Shown piece by piece: positions 1 through 12,228 of a stretch of 64,000 nt of DNA. The stretch comes from Bispira polyomma (taxonomy: Eukaryota), in assembly GCA_965649765.1 (NCBI GenBank), contig OZ287752.1, positions 81,902,001-81,966,000 of the forward strand, read 5' to 3'. Both the position numbers and the translations under genes were made by a program. The number at the start of each line of letters is the position of its first letter. Position 1 is the first letter of the stretch. Under the pieces are notes generated by a model. That model was not told where the DNA came from. It searched no databases and was given only the letters and a program-made list of their open reading frames with translations.

Positions 1-2445
1 AATTCAATAGCTGAAATTTTCAATGTACCAAGTAGTCAAGGCATTGTTTCACTACTGCTACAGTTTATGTGACTAAACAGGAAGCAAGTTCAATATTTGG
101 ATGTCTTGACAAGAGTGTTGCGTCAGTTGGCCAGCCACACAGACAGATTCCTTTCCACATAAGGAAGAATGTTAAAGATGAACTACATAGGCTGCAAGAA
201 TTGGATATTAATTAAGATGTCAAAGGATCTACCCATGGGTTTCAGCCATTGTAGCGGCTCCTAAGCCATGAAATTCATATCAATAATAATTTGTGTTGAC
301 ATAAGATGTGCTAATTTAGCAGTTCAGAATATCCGGCACATCACCCCAAGGTGATCTTGATGGAGCTACAGTTTTCTCAAAATCGGACTTGAACAAGGGT
401 TATCATGAGTGTGAACTAGAGGAATCTTCTCGTTACATCACAACATTTTCAACTCATATGGGACTAAAAAGATACAAGCAACTCAGTTTTGGGATATCAT
501 CAGCAGCAGAAATATTCCAGAATACAATAGAACAAACTCTGAATGGTTTAACCGGTGTGAAAAATATGAGTGACAACATTCTGATCTGGGGTAGCAGTCA
601 AAGTGAACATAACAAAAACTTAGAAACAATTTTTAACAAGGCTGGAGCAAAGTAATCTAACACTAAACCAGAGCAAGTGTCAATTTAATTTAGACAGAAT
701 AAATTTCTTTTGACATATCTTGTCAGAGGAGTAGAATGTAACCCTCAGAAAACATTGTCAATACTTCAAGCACAACGCCTCCAAAACACAGAAGAAATAA
801 GGATCTTTTTGGGATGGTGAACTTCTCTTCCAGGTTCATCCCACATTATGTCATAGTAAATGAGCCATTGTGAAGGCTAACCAGGAAAGAGCACAGTGAG
901 TGTGGAGTGAGAAAGAAGCTTTTACTACTCTAAAGCAGAGTCTAACCAGTGCAAAAATGATGAGCTATTATGACTTCAATAAAAACACCGAGGTCATTGT
1001 CGACGAAGTTCAATAGGTCTTGGTGCCACCACAGTGTAGAAGCATAAATTTGGAGACCCAGGACAAGATGTAGCCTATGCATTACGATCCCTTACTGATG
1101 TAGAGCAGCAATATATGTTTTCACCTGTACTTGTTTGGCAGACGTTTCACATTGGTTACTGACCATAAACCCTTGAAAGGCATTTTCAACAAACCAGATC
1201 AAAACCACCAGCCAGAATAGAAAGATGGCTACTAAGACTGCAAAGTTACATTTATGATGTTAATTACAGACCAGGAAAAGACAATCCTGCTGACTACTTA
1301 TCACGTCACCCAATCAAGGAGACAACATCTCTGACAAATTCAACAATAGCTGAAAAGTGTGTCAACTATATAGTTTCAAATGCAGTTTCAAAAGTTCCTA
1401 CACTGAGACGCATTGTTATACATACAAGGCAGGACAAAGATTTACAAGTTGTTATAAGGCAGTTCAAACAGGCACTTGCCATACACTGCAGTAAAACTTG
1501 GCTGGCAGGCTACTATGGGGTGAGGGATGAATTAGCCCTTGGATGTGGAGTGGTGCTACGAAATTTGAAAATTATCATAGCATACACTCTACAAAACCGA
1601 CTGATACAGTTTGCACATAAGGGACACCAAGGAATAGTAATGACTAAGATGTTGTTGTGAGAAAAGGTGTGGCTCCCAGGTTTTGATGCACAAGTGGAAT
1701 AGGCTATCAAATCATGTATATAATGTCAAGCCAGCACCCCACAGAATAAAACTGAGCCATACAAAATGTCAGATCCACCCTGGGCACCGTGGACAAAAGA
1801 TTAGGTCAATTTCTGTGGGCCATTCCCAACAGGGTAATACTTAATGGTGGTAATGGATGAATACACATGCTACCCTGTAGTTGAAACTCATCTCAGTGTC
1901 ACACAAATCTGTCATACCGAAACTGGATTAAGAGTTTTCATTATTCTCGATCCCTGAGGTTGTAAAACAGACAATGGTCCACCCTTCTCAAGCCATCAGT
2001 TCCGACAATTGTCTGAATATCTCGCAGTAAAGAATCACAGATAAAGATTGGAGATACTGTGCTTGTAAAACAAACAAAAAAAATAAATTTTCAACACCAT
2101 TTATCCTAAAGCCCTTAAAAGTAATCATAAAAAGGGGATCCATGATAATTGCGGAAAATAGTGGATATGGAATCACGAGGGATTCATCAGACTTCAAACA
2201 ACTCCCAGATTCTCTGAACAGAGCTGTTGCTAAAAATCAAAACACACTAATGGATTATGAGGTGGATGTTCATAAGAAAACAAGTGACAATCCCATGCAA
2301 CACTTACCAATTGAACTGCTCCAGAGCCCCAGAAAGGCTGACTGACACTAGTGAAAATGCCAGTGGAACTTTGCAATACAAACGCCCAGAAAGAATCAGA
2401 AAAAAAACCCAATTAAATTACAAGATAAATGTAATGGGGCAATAA
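1..2445 (+). mobile_element. Degenerate Ty3/Gypsy LTR-retrotransposon pol remnant (RT, RNase H, integrase), with many stops and frameshifts
   Basis: ORF 389-655 reads DLNKGYHECEL...ITTFSTHMGLKRYKQLSFGISSAAEIFQ (Gypsy RT core). RNase H motifs TDHKPL (~1159) and ERWLLRLQ...YRPGKDNPADYLSRHP (~1220-1312). Integrase Zn-finger part AHKGHQGI (~1613) and core DNGPPF (~1970). Domain order RT-RH-IN is Gypsy-type. No LTR identified. Confidence 0.9.
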
Positions 2446-3519
2446 ACATTAATTCAAAGAACTTTAAATGACCATAATTCATAAACCCTGTTCAGGAATG
2501 AGGACCACGTTTACTTATATAATGATAGTCTATGTTTTATTGAATATGAGTGAGCAAGAAATGTGGGATGACCAGCTATTCAAATTTTATATCTGAAGAA
2601 AACAGTGTATATTCAACTTTGTATTAACTTTTTATTAGATGTATGTACTGTGTGACAGACTATGACTAAATTTAAAAAAAGAAACTATAGGTTTTAGGCA
2701 TAACAAATGATGTACAATAGTGTTCTTCTAAAAGTAAAAGTGTACTGACAGTTGTTATTCTGTATTTAGCAAAAACTAATTTGTACAGCACAGTAAAAGA
2801 AACATTTCCTTTGTTATGTGAAGTCCTATTTCAAACAAAATTATTTGTCCAGCATAAAACACAAAGCTCACAAGTCTAACATAGTTACCATGACTACAGT
2901 TCTGGTCCGGCTACTACAAATAATCAACCTGTCAAGATCAATTGAACAACCACTGTGTACAGTGTTTCAAGTATTATGAAACTAGATCTATTTCTGTGTA
3001 GAGCTTTGAGTCATTTAAAAGGAAACATTTTTTTTGTTGTATTACACACTCATGCAAAGAGAGTTAATTAGCAAGTTAGTGAGGGATATAATGTTCCCAA
3101 TGTATCCATATAATATGCTTAGTCTAAACACTATGAAATCTATAATGTCATTTTGTATGATTTGCAATTTGTTGTTTATACCAACAGTAATGTATACTGT
3201 CTCAAATTGAGGTTCATAACAGGGATTCAGGATATAATAGCAGTGTCTAAAAAGAAATAGACTGGCTCACAAGTCTTTGTATTTTTATCCATATCCACCA
3301 TGCAGAAAGTCATCATGATTCCACTATGTGAATTGGGCAGGTCTTCTGTGTGCAAATACAAGTTATTCTCAGCACCAGTATCTGTTTTCAAAGTCATACT
3401 GCCCTCATATAATGCTTGAGAGAAAAGGACTTGAAGAAAGTCTAAAAAAGAAACGACTCAGAGGTCTGTATGACAGCCAAGGTACAACATATAAAACCCT
3501 ACTAAACTTGTGTCGTTGA

Positions 3520-3970
3520 GACATTACTTTTGATTATCCTGGGGTACATATTAATTTGAAGTGGACAAAAAACCTCCAGTCACCAGACCAAAGCCACGTG
3601 GTCAATCTACCTGTACTTAAGAATCCACTCATGTGCCCTGTGTTTAACATCAGGGGATTGTCCTAGACGTCTTACCTACCAGCAGACTCACCATTGTTTT
3701 GGACAGAGGACTATCATATCCTCACCCAGTCTATGTCGAGGCAACAAGTAGTATCAATGCTCTGAGTTTTAAATACTCCCTTGTTGGGACATGGATTTCA
3801 CACATTTAGGTGCTAAGCAGCGACTTTAGCTTATGAGAGTCTAATGTTTCCATGCAAAATATTAGAATGCATGGATGATAGGGGAGAGAGGTGGTTTGGT
3901 CGTATATCAGTCAAAATACATCTCAGTCTCACACTATCCCCCTCACCTTCCAAAGGTTAATTGACAATAC
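3520..3970 (+). pseudogene. Tyrosine recombinase C-terminal remnant of a DIRS/Ngaro-type element
   Basis: Manual translation gives GVHINLKWTKNLQSPDQSHVVNLPVLKNPLMCPV...GHGFHTFRC*AATLAY...MQNIRMHG, matching the KWSKT, CPV, FHAFRRSGAT and IQRHG motifs of the YR at 8983-9549. Contains in-frame stops. Confidence 0.8.
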
Positions 3971-5262
3971 TACTACTCACTAAATATCGCTCTTTGGTCT
4001 TTTTATCTCTATGTAAAATTAACAGATACAAGTTAACAGAATACTTTTTCCAACCCACACACTTTGATTAACTTCTCGTGAGACATCATCATCCCTTCAA
4101 TTCTCACCTAAATGGGATGAGATCTCTGACTATATGCAGAACTAACCAGCAACAAAAGAATCAAACAACTCTTAAAATAAAACATTTACACCAGCAACTT
4201 GCTGAAAATCCAACCCCCAAAACCAGCTTGCAAATCACTGTGCAGATATTACCCACTGACTTCATTTAAAGTTAGACTTTTTGTACTATATATATCCAGT
4301 CATGGCCTAGTTTATTACTAGGCCAGATTTGCATTTATTTGCGGCCGACTTTGTGTCCAGAGTGGCCACTTTTTTCTTGTTGGCAAATATTCATAAAGCT
4401 AGTAACGTATATGATTTCCATGACAATATATATGGCTATAAAAAAAATTTTGTTGAATAAAGAAAAACCCAAACCTTAGTTTCTGTCAAAGCTGAATTCA
4501 GCTTATCTGGCAATTAATGAACGTTTTCAATAAAGAAATTTATAAATATCTTTTAAAATCCAGTACAAGTCAGTATGCAGTATATATTTCTTCATTTTAA
4601 AACGACCTTCTTACACACTGCTACACTTTACTGCCCAAATCTGCTCATCTGTGAGCAGGAGTCAGATTTTCCTTATCCCCCTCCTAAGTTGTAAACCTGG
4701 TATTTAGTGGTCTTAAAACAACATCCACTGGCTCTCCTGGGGTGCATCTGCTGAAAAAGTCTAAACATTTAATGTATGTGTATATTCCTTCATGTCCAGT
4801 TTTATACAGTATAGTACACGTTTGATCATTTTATAACATACACCATTTTGAAGAAAAAGTGTTTTATACAGAATGAGCTGTAGTTTTAGTATTTATCTTA
4901 TCAGTAAGTGATTAGCACTAAATATAGTTACAATTAAATTTTCACTTTGTTTTACTAATACACAATTTAATAGAAAATAATAACCTTTCTCAGGGATGCC
5001 AGGGTAGTTAGGAGCTCTAAGAGGTGGGACCTTCCTCTGCTAGGTGAGTTGGTGCCATAGGTCCCTGGGTTCTACCCGTAGCTAATCTGGGCTATGTCGG
5101 TTTCAATTATTTAGGAAGCTTTCAAAACATGAGTAAAAACAGCAGTACAATAAAGTTTTTTTTAGAGTGATTCTTCTGAAATTTTGCGGGATGACGACCC
5201 GGGCGGCAGCAAGGTCAGTTCTCGGGTACCAGGCTAACTAATTAGCAGGCTGTTTGCAGTAG

Positions 5263-5300
5263 TATAAAAGCCGTCTTCTTTTCAAATTCTCCCGCCATTT
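5263..5300 (+). promoter_or_regulatory. Candidate TATA box plus CCGCCAT (YY1-like) element upstream of the retroelement gag
   Basis: TATAAAAG followed about 20 nt later by CCGCCATTT. A similar TATATAAG...CCGCCAT arrangement precedes the gag of copy 2 (~34837-34887). Confidence 0.35.
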
Positions 5301-5430
5301 CCGAAGTTTACAGAACAGGGAGCATTGTTAAAAAAAAGCGTGGTATCACATTTGGATTTATGTTGTTTTACTATTCTGTTTTCAGTCATTTTAGTCGGTT
5401 TTAATTTATAATTCATAGTGATGCCACGTA

Positions 5431-6446
5431 TTGCTACTGTTTATTGCTCTAAATGTCTTGGGAAACACCAACGACCTGTTTTTTCGAAACTGTAATGTTT
5501 TGGACATATCTTTGGGGAACACCAGCGCTGACTCATTTGAGGTGGACCCGTTAGATTCGGCTTCAGCTTCTAGTGAGGGAAATGTGTCCAATGCTATATT
5601 GAAACAACTACAGTCGATAAGTCAGGCAATGCAGAGTATGGATCGATGGGTTCAGCTCACTGAGGCAGCACTGGCAGGAAATTCCAACAAACAGGCTAGT
5701 ATGAATACAGTTTATAGTGTCAGTTCTGTAAACTTTGGCGATAGCCGTCAGAGTGCTGAGATACCTGAAACCAGTATTGTTCCAAATATCAAATTTCTGA
5801 AACAAAACGTGCAAATTCAAACCCAAGTTGAACAACGGCTTAAAGAGTTAAGACAAATTAATGAGAGCCCTTCACAAGGTAAGATCAAATCTCAGGAGGG
5901 GGGTCGGAAGTTCTAGTCAAACGAACTGTAGAATGGCCCCACAACCATGTCCTATCGGGTAGTACTAAAGCACGTCCTAGCTATGACGACTTAACTGTGG
6001 TTCAATGGGTGTGTGGATTTACGAGAATAATACAAGAAGAGAATAAAACTGCTATGCTCGACTACATGGCAAACTTAATGGAGGACTCTCAGGATATTTC
6101 CTGGGAGGCCGCTAAAGCTTGCCATGCAGTTGTGCTAACGAATATGGAAATGGACAAGTTGAAATGGTCCGAAGTGGAAAAGGTAGATAGAATCCACAGA
6201 GCGCATGCTCAGAGACATATCCATTTAGGCCAATCTGCTGCCGGTGTAGGGCCTCGTAATCTGGGAAATAGCCAAAAGACAAATAACTCTAAGCAGGGTG
6301 CGGTTACATGTTGTTACTTCCAGGATGGTACATGTAAACATTCTGCCAGTCATAAAACGGGTGCACAGTTTTATAAGCATACATGTGAGACTTGCGATAG
6401 TAGTCACAGAAGTAGCATGTGCCCCAAAAAGGCAGTAAAAAACTAA
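5431..6446 (+). pseudogene. Gag-like ORF1 of YR retrotransposon copy 1 (frameshift near 5900)
   Basis: ORFs 5431-5916 and 5997-6446: coiled-coil-like segment, EWPHNHV..., QWVCGF..., and a C-terminal Cys/His cluster CCYFQDGTCKH...HTCETCDSSHRSSMC. Homologous to the degenerate gag at 34975-35690. Confidence 0.75.
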
Positions 6447-7128
6447 GGGGCCACTGCACAAATGCAGTGGGTCAAAATGTGAATAATAAGGTTTTTACTA
6501 GATTTGTATATAATACGCAGTTCAATGATATGGCACTGTTTCAAAAATCGTTTGTACAAAGAACGTTTAGATATCAGAAGGGCACGAGTACTTCTATTAA
6601 GTATAGTGATGTAGTAAAGAATAGTACTAACAAGACTAATTCTATTGAAAGGCGCGTGCATAAAGTGTCAGAAAATGGTAGTACACGTAACATTGTGCAG
6701 AAGTGTAAAAAAGTAATTTCACCCGGCGTTGCAACTAAGTTAGTCGTGGATAAAACAAGTCCTATTAAGAGTGATAGTGAAAGGGGGACAAAAGGGGTGG
6801 AACAAAAACACAGAAAGTGGTGTGAACGCAATTCAACCCGAGGTGCCCTCCCACTACATAATAGGTTTTCGATTCTTGCTAACATTGAAACAATGGGGAA
6901 GGGGATAACAATCAATCTAAAATTCCCAATGCAAAAAGTGACAGAACAAAGAACAAAATACACAAAGCTTCTGTCAGGTGTAGTGAGAGTGGCAGAAGTG
7001 CCATTCACACTGGGCTTGGTAGTGTTAACACAACAAGTGCTAACATACACACAGATGACAACAATGGTGTTAGGTGGCATAAAGTCAATAAAAAGGGCCA
7101 AGGGCTTGGTGAGAGTAATGACATCAGA

Positions 7129-8496
7129 TTGCATACAGGCTTGGCTATCAAAAATGACATTCATGGGGAGGAAAATAGCAGTGAGTGCATTGTGCCTTCA
7201 AACAAATATACATGGGAATTAAAACAGAGGAAAAACAAACGTGTTCTGTTAGATCTGGCTAAAGACAATGACAATTATAAAAGTTGGCAGGCACAGAATG
7301 ACGTGGTCTATGGGTTCACACCTCTCTCTGATTTCATGACAATTGACAATACAGAAAACACAAAGGTCGAGGAATTAGACGTGTTGGAAATACATAAGCG
7401 CGTTAGGGCCTTTCGTCACGTGCCCATAGATCCCGGTGACATGGACCTGTTAGGACTAAATTGGAAAGAATAATACATAGATAAATCGCTGCAGTTCGGT
7501 TATCAGAACGGCAGCACTATCTTTCAAAGAATTTCAGATGCCGTGAGGTACATTATGAAAACTGAAAATCATAACGTCCACAATTATATCAACGACTTTT
7601 TATGTGTCTCGCTTCCTAGTAAAATATAGAAAACGTATGTGAGATTACAAGAACTTTTGACTGTCAGTGAAAAAAAAATAGTACACCCTGGCACCTCTGT
7701 GGTTTGCCTTGGTATTACTATATACACAGTTAATTTCACCACGTCAATTCCACCTGAGAAATTACAGAAAATTAAAAACGTCTGCAAAGCATGGGAAACA
7801 AAGAATGTTTGTACTAAACGTGAACTCCAATCCTTATTGGGCCTGTTACTCTACGTTTCGAAATGTATAAAGTATGCAAGGGCGTTCCTGAATCGTATGC
7901 TTCAGTTGTTGAGAGACAACCACACCAGTAAACGCATAAACATAACCCTGGAATTCAGGAGGGATTGAAATTGGTTCTCTGTGTTTATACAGCAATTCAA
8001 TGGCGTTTCCATTTTCTCTCATATTCCAATCACAGCCCAAGTAGAGCTTGACGCATGTCTAACAGGTATGGGGGGGGGGGGGGTGTATTAAGATCAAGTG
8101 TATCAATTAAAACTCCCGACTCATATGACTGAACTAAATATAGTATACCTAGAAATGTTGAACATACTGGTGGCCATCAAACTTTGGGCTACGCTCTGGC
8201 AAAATAAACGTGTGCTAATTAAGTGTGGTAATCAAGCAGTTGTTAACGTGCTGCAAAGTGGATGCACTAGGGACCACACACTAGCCACCTATACACGCAA
8301 TATTTATATGCTCGCCAGTAAACTTGACATTGACATTAAAGTCATTCACATTTTGGGGGCTAAAAATAAAGTAGCAGATCTATTGTCCAGATGGACTGAT
8401 ACTACCCGAGATCACCAAATATTGCATGACTTGGTAGGGCCTGTCCAATGGTTGCCCGTGCATGATTCATTGCTAAGTGTTAATGAGAACATATAA
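7129..8496 (+). pseudogene. Reverse transcriptase and RNase H of YR retrotransposon copy 1 (stops, frameshifts, N-terminal RT deletion)
   Basis: AFRHVPIDPGDMDLLG, QFGYQNGSTIFQRISDAV, NYINDF (YxDD-like), CLGITI, ELQSLLGLL...ARAFLNRML. RNase H motifs ELDAC, LEMLNI, CGNQAVV, NKVADLLSR. Confidence 0.88.
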
Positions 8497-8523
8497 CTAA
8501 ATATGGTATAGTATATATTGCAG

Positions 8524-9549
8524 GCATTCACCCAGGAGAACTCATGCTGGCTAGACAGGCTTGTGAGAGAGTCCACAGGGCCTTCTCTCTCTCCACTTCT
8601 AGGGCGTATGATAGAATGTTTAGGACCTTCATAGCTTTTGGGGTGTTCATAGACTGGAGCCCGAAAAAGGTGAATGTATTGCAGTTGCTCTCCTATTTAG
8701 AGTTCTTGCACAGTAATAAAGTCTCAGCTTCACAAATTCCAAATCACCTTTCTGCTATAAAGGCTAAATGTATATTATTTCATGTACAAGTAGAAGCGTT
8801 TTCTGATAGCAGAATTAAGTACTTTAATAAGACATTGGCTGTCAGTAAACCGTTACAGGCAATATTGAAGTCATTGTTTGATATCACACTGCTGGAGAAA
8901 TTGGTTGAGAAATGCAATGTGACTTATATGGGATTAATATTCAAAGCAGTATATTTAACTAGTTTTTTTCATTTTCCTGCATTTGTCAAATCTGTGCCTC
9001 CATTCTGTTAGGGCTTTTGACCCCCTGAAGCAGCTAGCACGCGCTGATGTCATGTTTAAATCAGGTTATGCTGTTACATTGGTGAAATGGTCAAAAACCC
9101 TTCAAACCAGAGATGTTGTCAAGCTTCTAACCATTCCAGCCCTTCCTGGTTCCAGCATCTGCCCGGTTGCAGCTATCAAAAATGTTCTGGGAATAACTCC
9201 TAAAGGGGCCAATCTGTCCCTTTTTCAGTTCAAATGTAGGCAAAATTGGGTTCCCCTCACTGATTCCAAAGTACGTAGACATTTAAAAAATGTCCTTCAA
9301 ATGCTTGGCTGTGAGTACACAGGCCTCAATTTTCATGCTTTCAGACGTTCAGGTGCCACGTTTGCATTCAATAACAATGTCAGAGTACAAGACATACAGA
9401 GACATGGCACCTGGACGTCTGACTGCGTTTGGAGATATATTACTGATTCGGCAGTTGCTGGCTCCCAGGTGGCTAATTGTTTTAAGGACTCTATATTACA
9501 CAGCTCCAAGGTTATGGGGGTTTGGTGGTCTAACACTTTTCATGCTTAG
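8524..9549 (+). pseudogene. Tyrosine recombinase of YR retrotransposon copy 1 (one frameshift near 8975)
   Basis: ORFs 8544-9011 and 8983-9549: N-terminal helical binding domain, KWSKT, CPV, FHAFRRSGATFAF (HxxR), IQRHGTWTSDCVWRYI (H/W and catalytic Tyr). Confidence 0.92.
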
Positions 9550-11022
9550 AAAAATCTGGACCAAAGAATATAAATATATTCACAACAGTCAACTAGACAG
9601 TAACCAAAGTCATTACTGTCCCAGGGCATAAGGTCACCTTTAGTACCCAGTACATATTGTACTTAAAATATACGTCCAACTTAAACCCACAAATTTAAGT
9701 TGAACTTACAAAAACGTATTAAGTCGAACTGAAACTCAAATCCTCAACTTAATGCCTAAGTTTGGACTTAAAGTCAAAATTTACTTAAATTAATGTTTAA
9801 GTTTGGACTTAAAGTAAAATCTCAACTTAAACTCCTTTTAAGCCTTAGGCTATGGTAACCTTATGCCCTACCTCAAACTCTACTGTTAGTGTTTTAACAT
9901 AGTAGCTAATAAAATTATTACCGCAACCTGGGTTGATTATTTAGTTTATCATTGGTTAAATGTTAGAATCCTTTAGTATTCCCTTGGCCTGCTACACAGG
10001 GGAACTGTGTAAATATATTCTTTTTAGATCATTGTTTTGTATCAAATACATTGAAGTACACACCTTTTGGAAATATGTGCGGTTTATATCCCCTCAACAC
10101 TTGCACCACAATCAAGCCAAGGATGTGCTAGATAAACATACCTAGAGATTATCTGTAGGCATATCACTCTCAGCATGAGTTTAACTTTACTGAGATAAGG
10201 CCAGAGTAGGGCATTCCTTTAACTGGGCAGTAGGGTAGCAGTGAATACACATGAACACATCACTTGTCCGGTTTTTTCACAGCACAACTTTATATACAGT
10301 GGCCTGCATGTTTAGGCCCTCCACGCTCTCCATCTACTCCAAAATATACTGTATGAGTGGAAATATTAGCTAAAAACTAAGAAACCTACTAATTTACAAC
10401 TTGTAGGAACTGGCTGCACTGAATTCTTACTACAGGTGAGTTTACTTGAAACAGTAGTACAACTACTATAATCTTGTACCCTAAGATATCGTCTCTCATA
10501 GCACTTTAATTATCAGTGGAGAAATATAGCGCAAAATAATTCCTGGCAAAAATGTCCAACTTTACAGCAAATATGCCGATTCTAATGTGTGTAGTTAGGA
10601 GTGGTTTTACTATTTCCGGCTTTCTGGTTACAGAGCATTTAAGGTAGCAACTAAAATTCATAAAAGTAGTAAACAATTATACATTTGTTTAATATTCACA
10701 GCTATTCAAGGGGAATGACTACTTAATAATTTCAAATGCATTCTGAAAGCTAATTCACCAAGATAAATCTTCAGAAGCTATTTTTAAGGGCCTTTTTGTA
10801 ATGTTCAGCCATCTTGGATTTAACAGGAAATCACCTAGTTCTATATTTATCTAGATATCTCAAAAAAACTATAATTCAGACCTATTTTCTTTTATACTGG
10901 AATGTCAGGTTAGGATTGGTGTTCAATTTGATATATGATTTGTATCCAGCTCTTCACCGGACTTTGGTATAACTGCAAAGGCTAAAAGATATTATGTAAC
11001 AAAATTAATAGTGCTCTGACTC

Positions 11023-11507
11023 CTATGGAGCCCTTAATAGGACATCAATATATATTTTTTATTTTATTAAGTGGTGATCACCAGATGATGTGGTGATCAC
11101 CACTTATTAAGTGATGCACACGAGATGATAATTATCTGGTGATCACCAGGTGATCTCATGCTCACGACTTATCGAGTGGTGATCACTAGATGATGTGGCG
11201 ATCACCACTTATTAAGTGGTGAGCATGAAATGATCTGGTGATCACGACTTATTAAGTGGTGAACAAAAGATGATGTGGTGATCACTAGATAATTGTATTA
11301 AGTGGTGATCACCAGATCATCTGGTGCTCACCACTTAATAAGTCGTGATCACCAGATCATCTCGTGCTTACCACTTAATAAGTCATGAGCACAAGATCAT
11401 CTGGTGATCACCACTTAATAAGTCGTGAGCACAAGATTATTTCGTGCTCACCACTTAATAAGTGAAAAATATATATATATATTGATGTCCTAATAGGGGC
11501 TCTGTAG
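11023..11507. mobile_element. Foldback/MITE-like element with ~38-bp TIRs and an internal tandem array that reverses orientation
   Basis: CTATGGAGCCCTTAATAGGACATCAATATATA at the left end is the reverse complement of TATATATTGATGTCCTAATAGGGGCTCTGTAG at the right end. The interior is made of CACTTATTAAGTGGTGATCACCAGATGAT-type units, then their reverse complements. Confidence 0.8.
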
Positions 11508-11918
11508 TCTCCAGTACTTTGGTGCTAAATTTTTCCAGCAGGATTTTTTTAGACAAAGCCAGTCCTTTGTTTATACTAGATGTTGCACTGCAGTAGTAAT
11601 ATTTATGCGATGGTGTTGAGTTGCAGTATATATCTATTAGCTATAGTATTTCACGTGTCTATTTAAAGCAAGAAATAGTAAGATGCATAGTACTGTAGAA
11701 ACATCCTGTTAAATGCTTCATCGGGTAATAAGGTTCTATACACAATATTCTATGCATAAGGTGGGTTGTAACTCTATCTGTGGCTGGATGTCTAACATAT
11801 CTATCTACTCATATACAGTGTATGTTTTGTACTATATACTCTTGGTGTGCCTTTAAGGATAACTAGGTCAAAAACAACACTCAAATATTACAACAGAGAG
11901 TGAGTTGTGATTTCACTT

Positions 11919-12228
11919 NNNNNNNNNNNNNNNNNNNNNNNNNNNNNNNNNNNNNNNNNNNNNNNNNNNNNNNNNNNNNNNNNNNNNNNNNNNNNNNNNN
12001 NNNNNNNNNNNNNNNNNNNNNNNNNNNNNNNNNNNNNNNNNNNNNNNNNNNNNNNNNNNNNNNNNNNNNNNNNNNNNNNNNNNNNNNNNNNNNNNNNNNN
12101 NNNNNNNNNNNNNNNNNNNNNNNNNNNNNNNNNNNNNNNNNNNNNNNNNNNNNNNNNNNNNNNNNNNNNNNNNNNNNNNNNNNNNNNNNNNNNNNNNNNN
12201 NNNNNNNNNNNNNNNNNNNNNNNNNNNN
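11919..12228. other. Assembly gap (N run)
   Basis: Run of N. Confidence 1.

Larger units (their letters stand above)
5260..9850 (+). mobile_element. Tyrosine-recombinase retrotransposon (Ngaro/DIRS group), copy 1, disrupted; boundaries approximate
   Basis: Order gag-like, RT, RNase H, YR on one strand, with no methyltransferase domain seen (favours Ngaro-like). Terminal split repeats were not identified. Confidence 0.88.

Noticed and set aside
6419-7222. 267-aa ORF between gag and RT as a separate cargo gene
   Set aside because: No recognisable motif. It is most simply the poorly conserved, frameshifted N-terminal extension of pol.
4940-10600. Split direct repeats or ITRs delimiting the YR retrotransposon
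   Set aside because: No convincing matching termini found by eye. Boundaries are left approximate.
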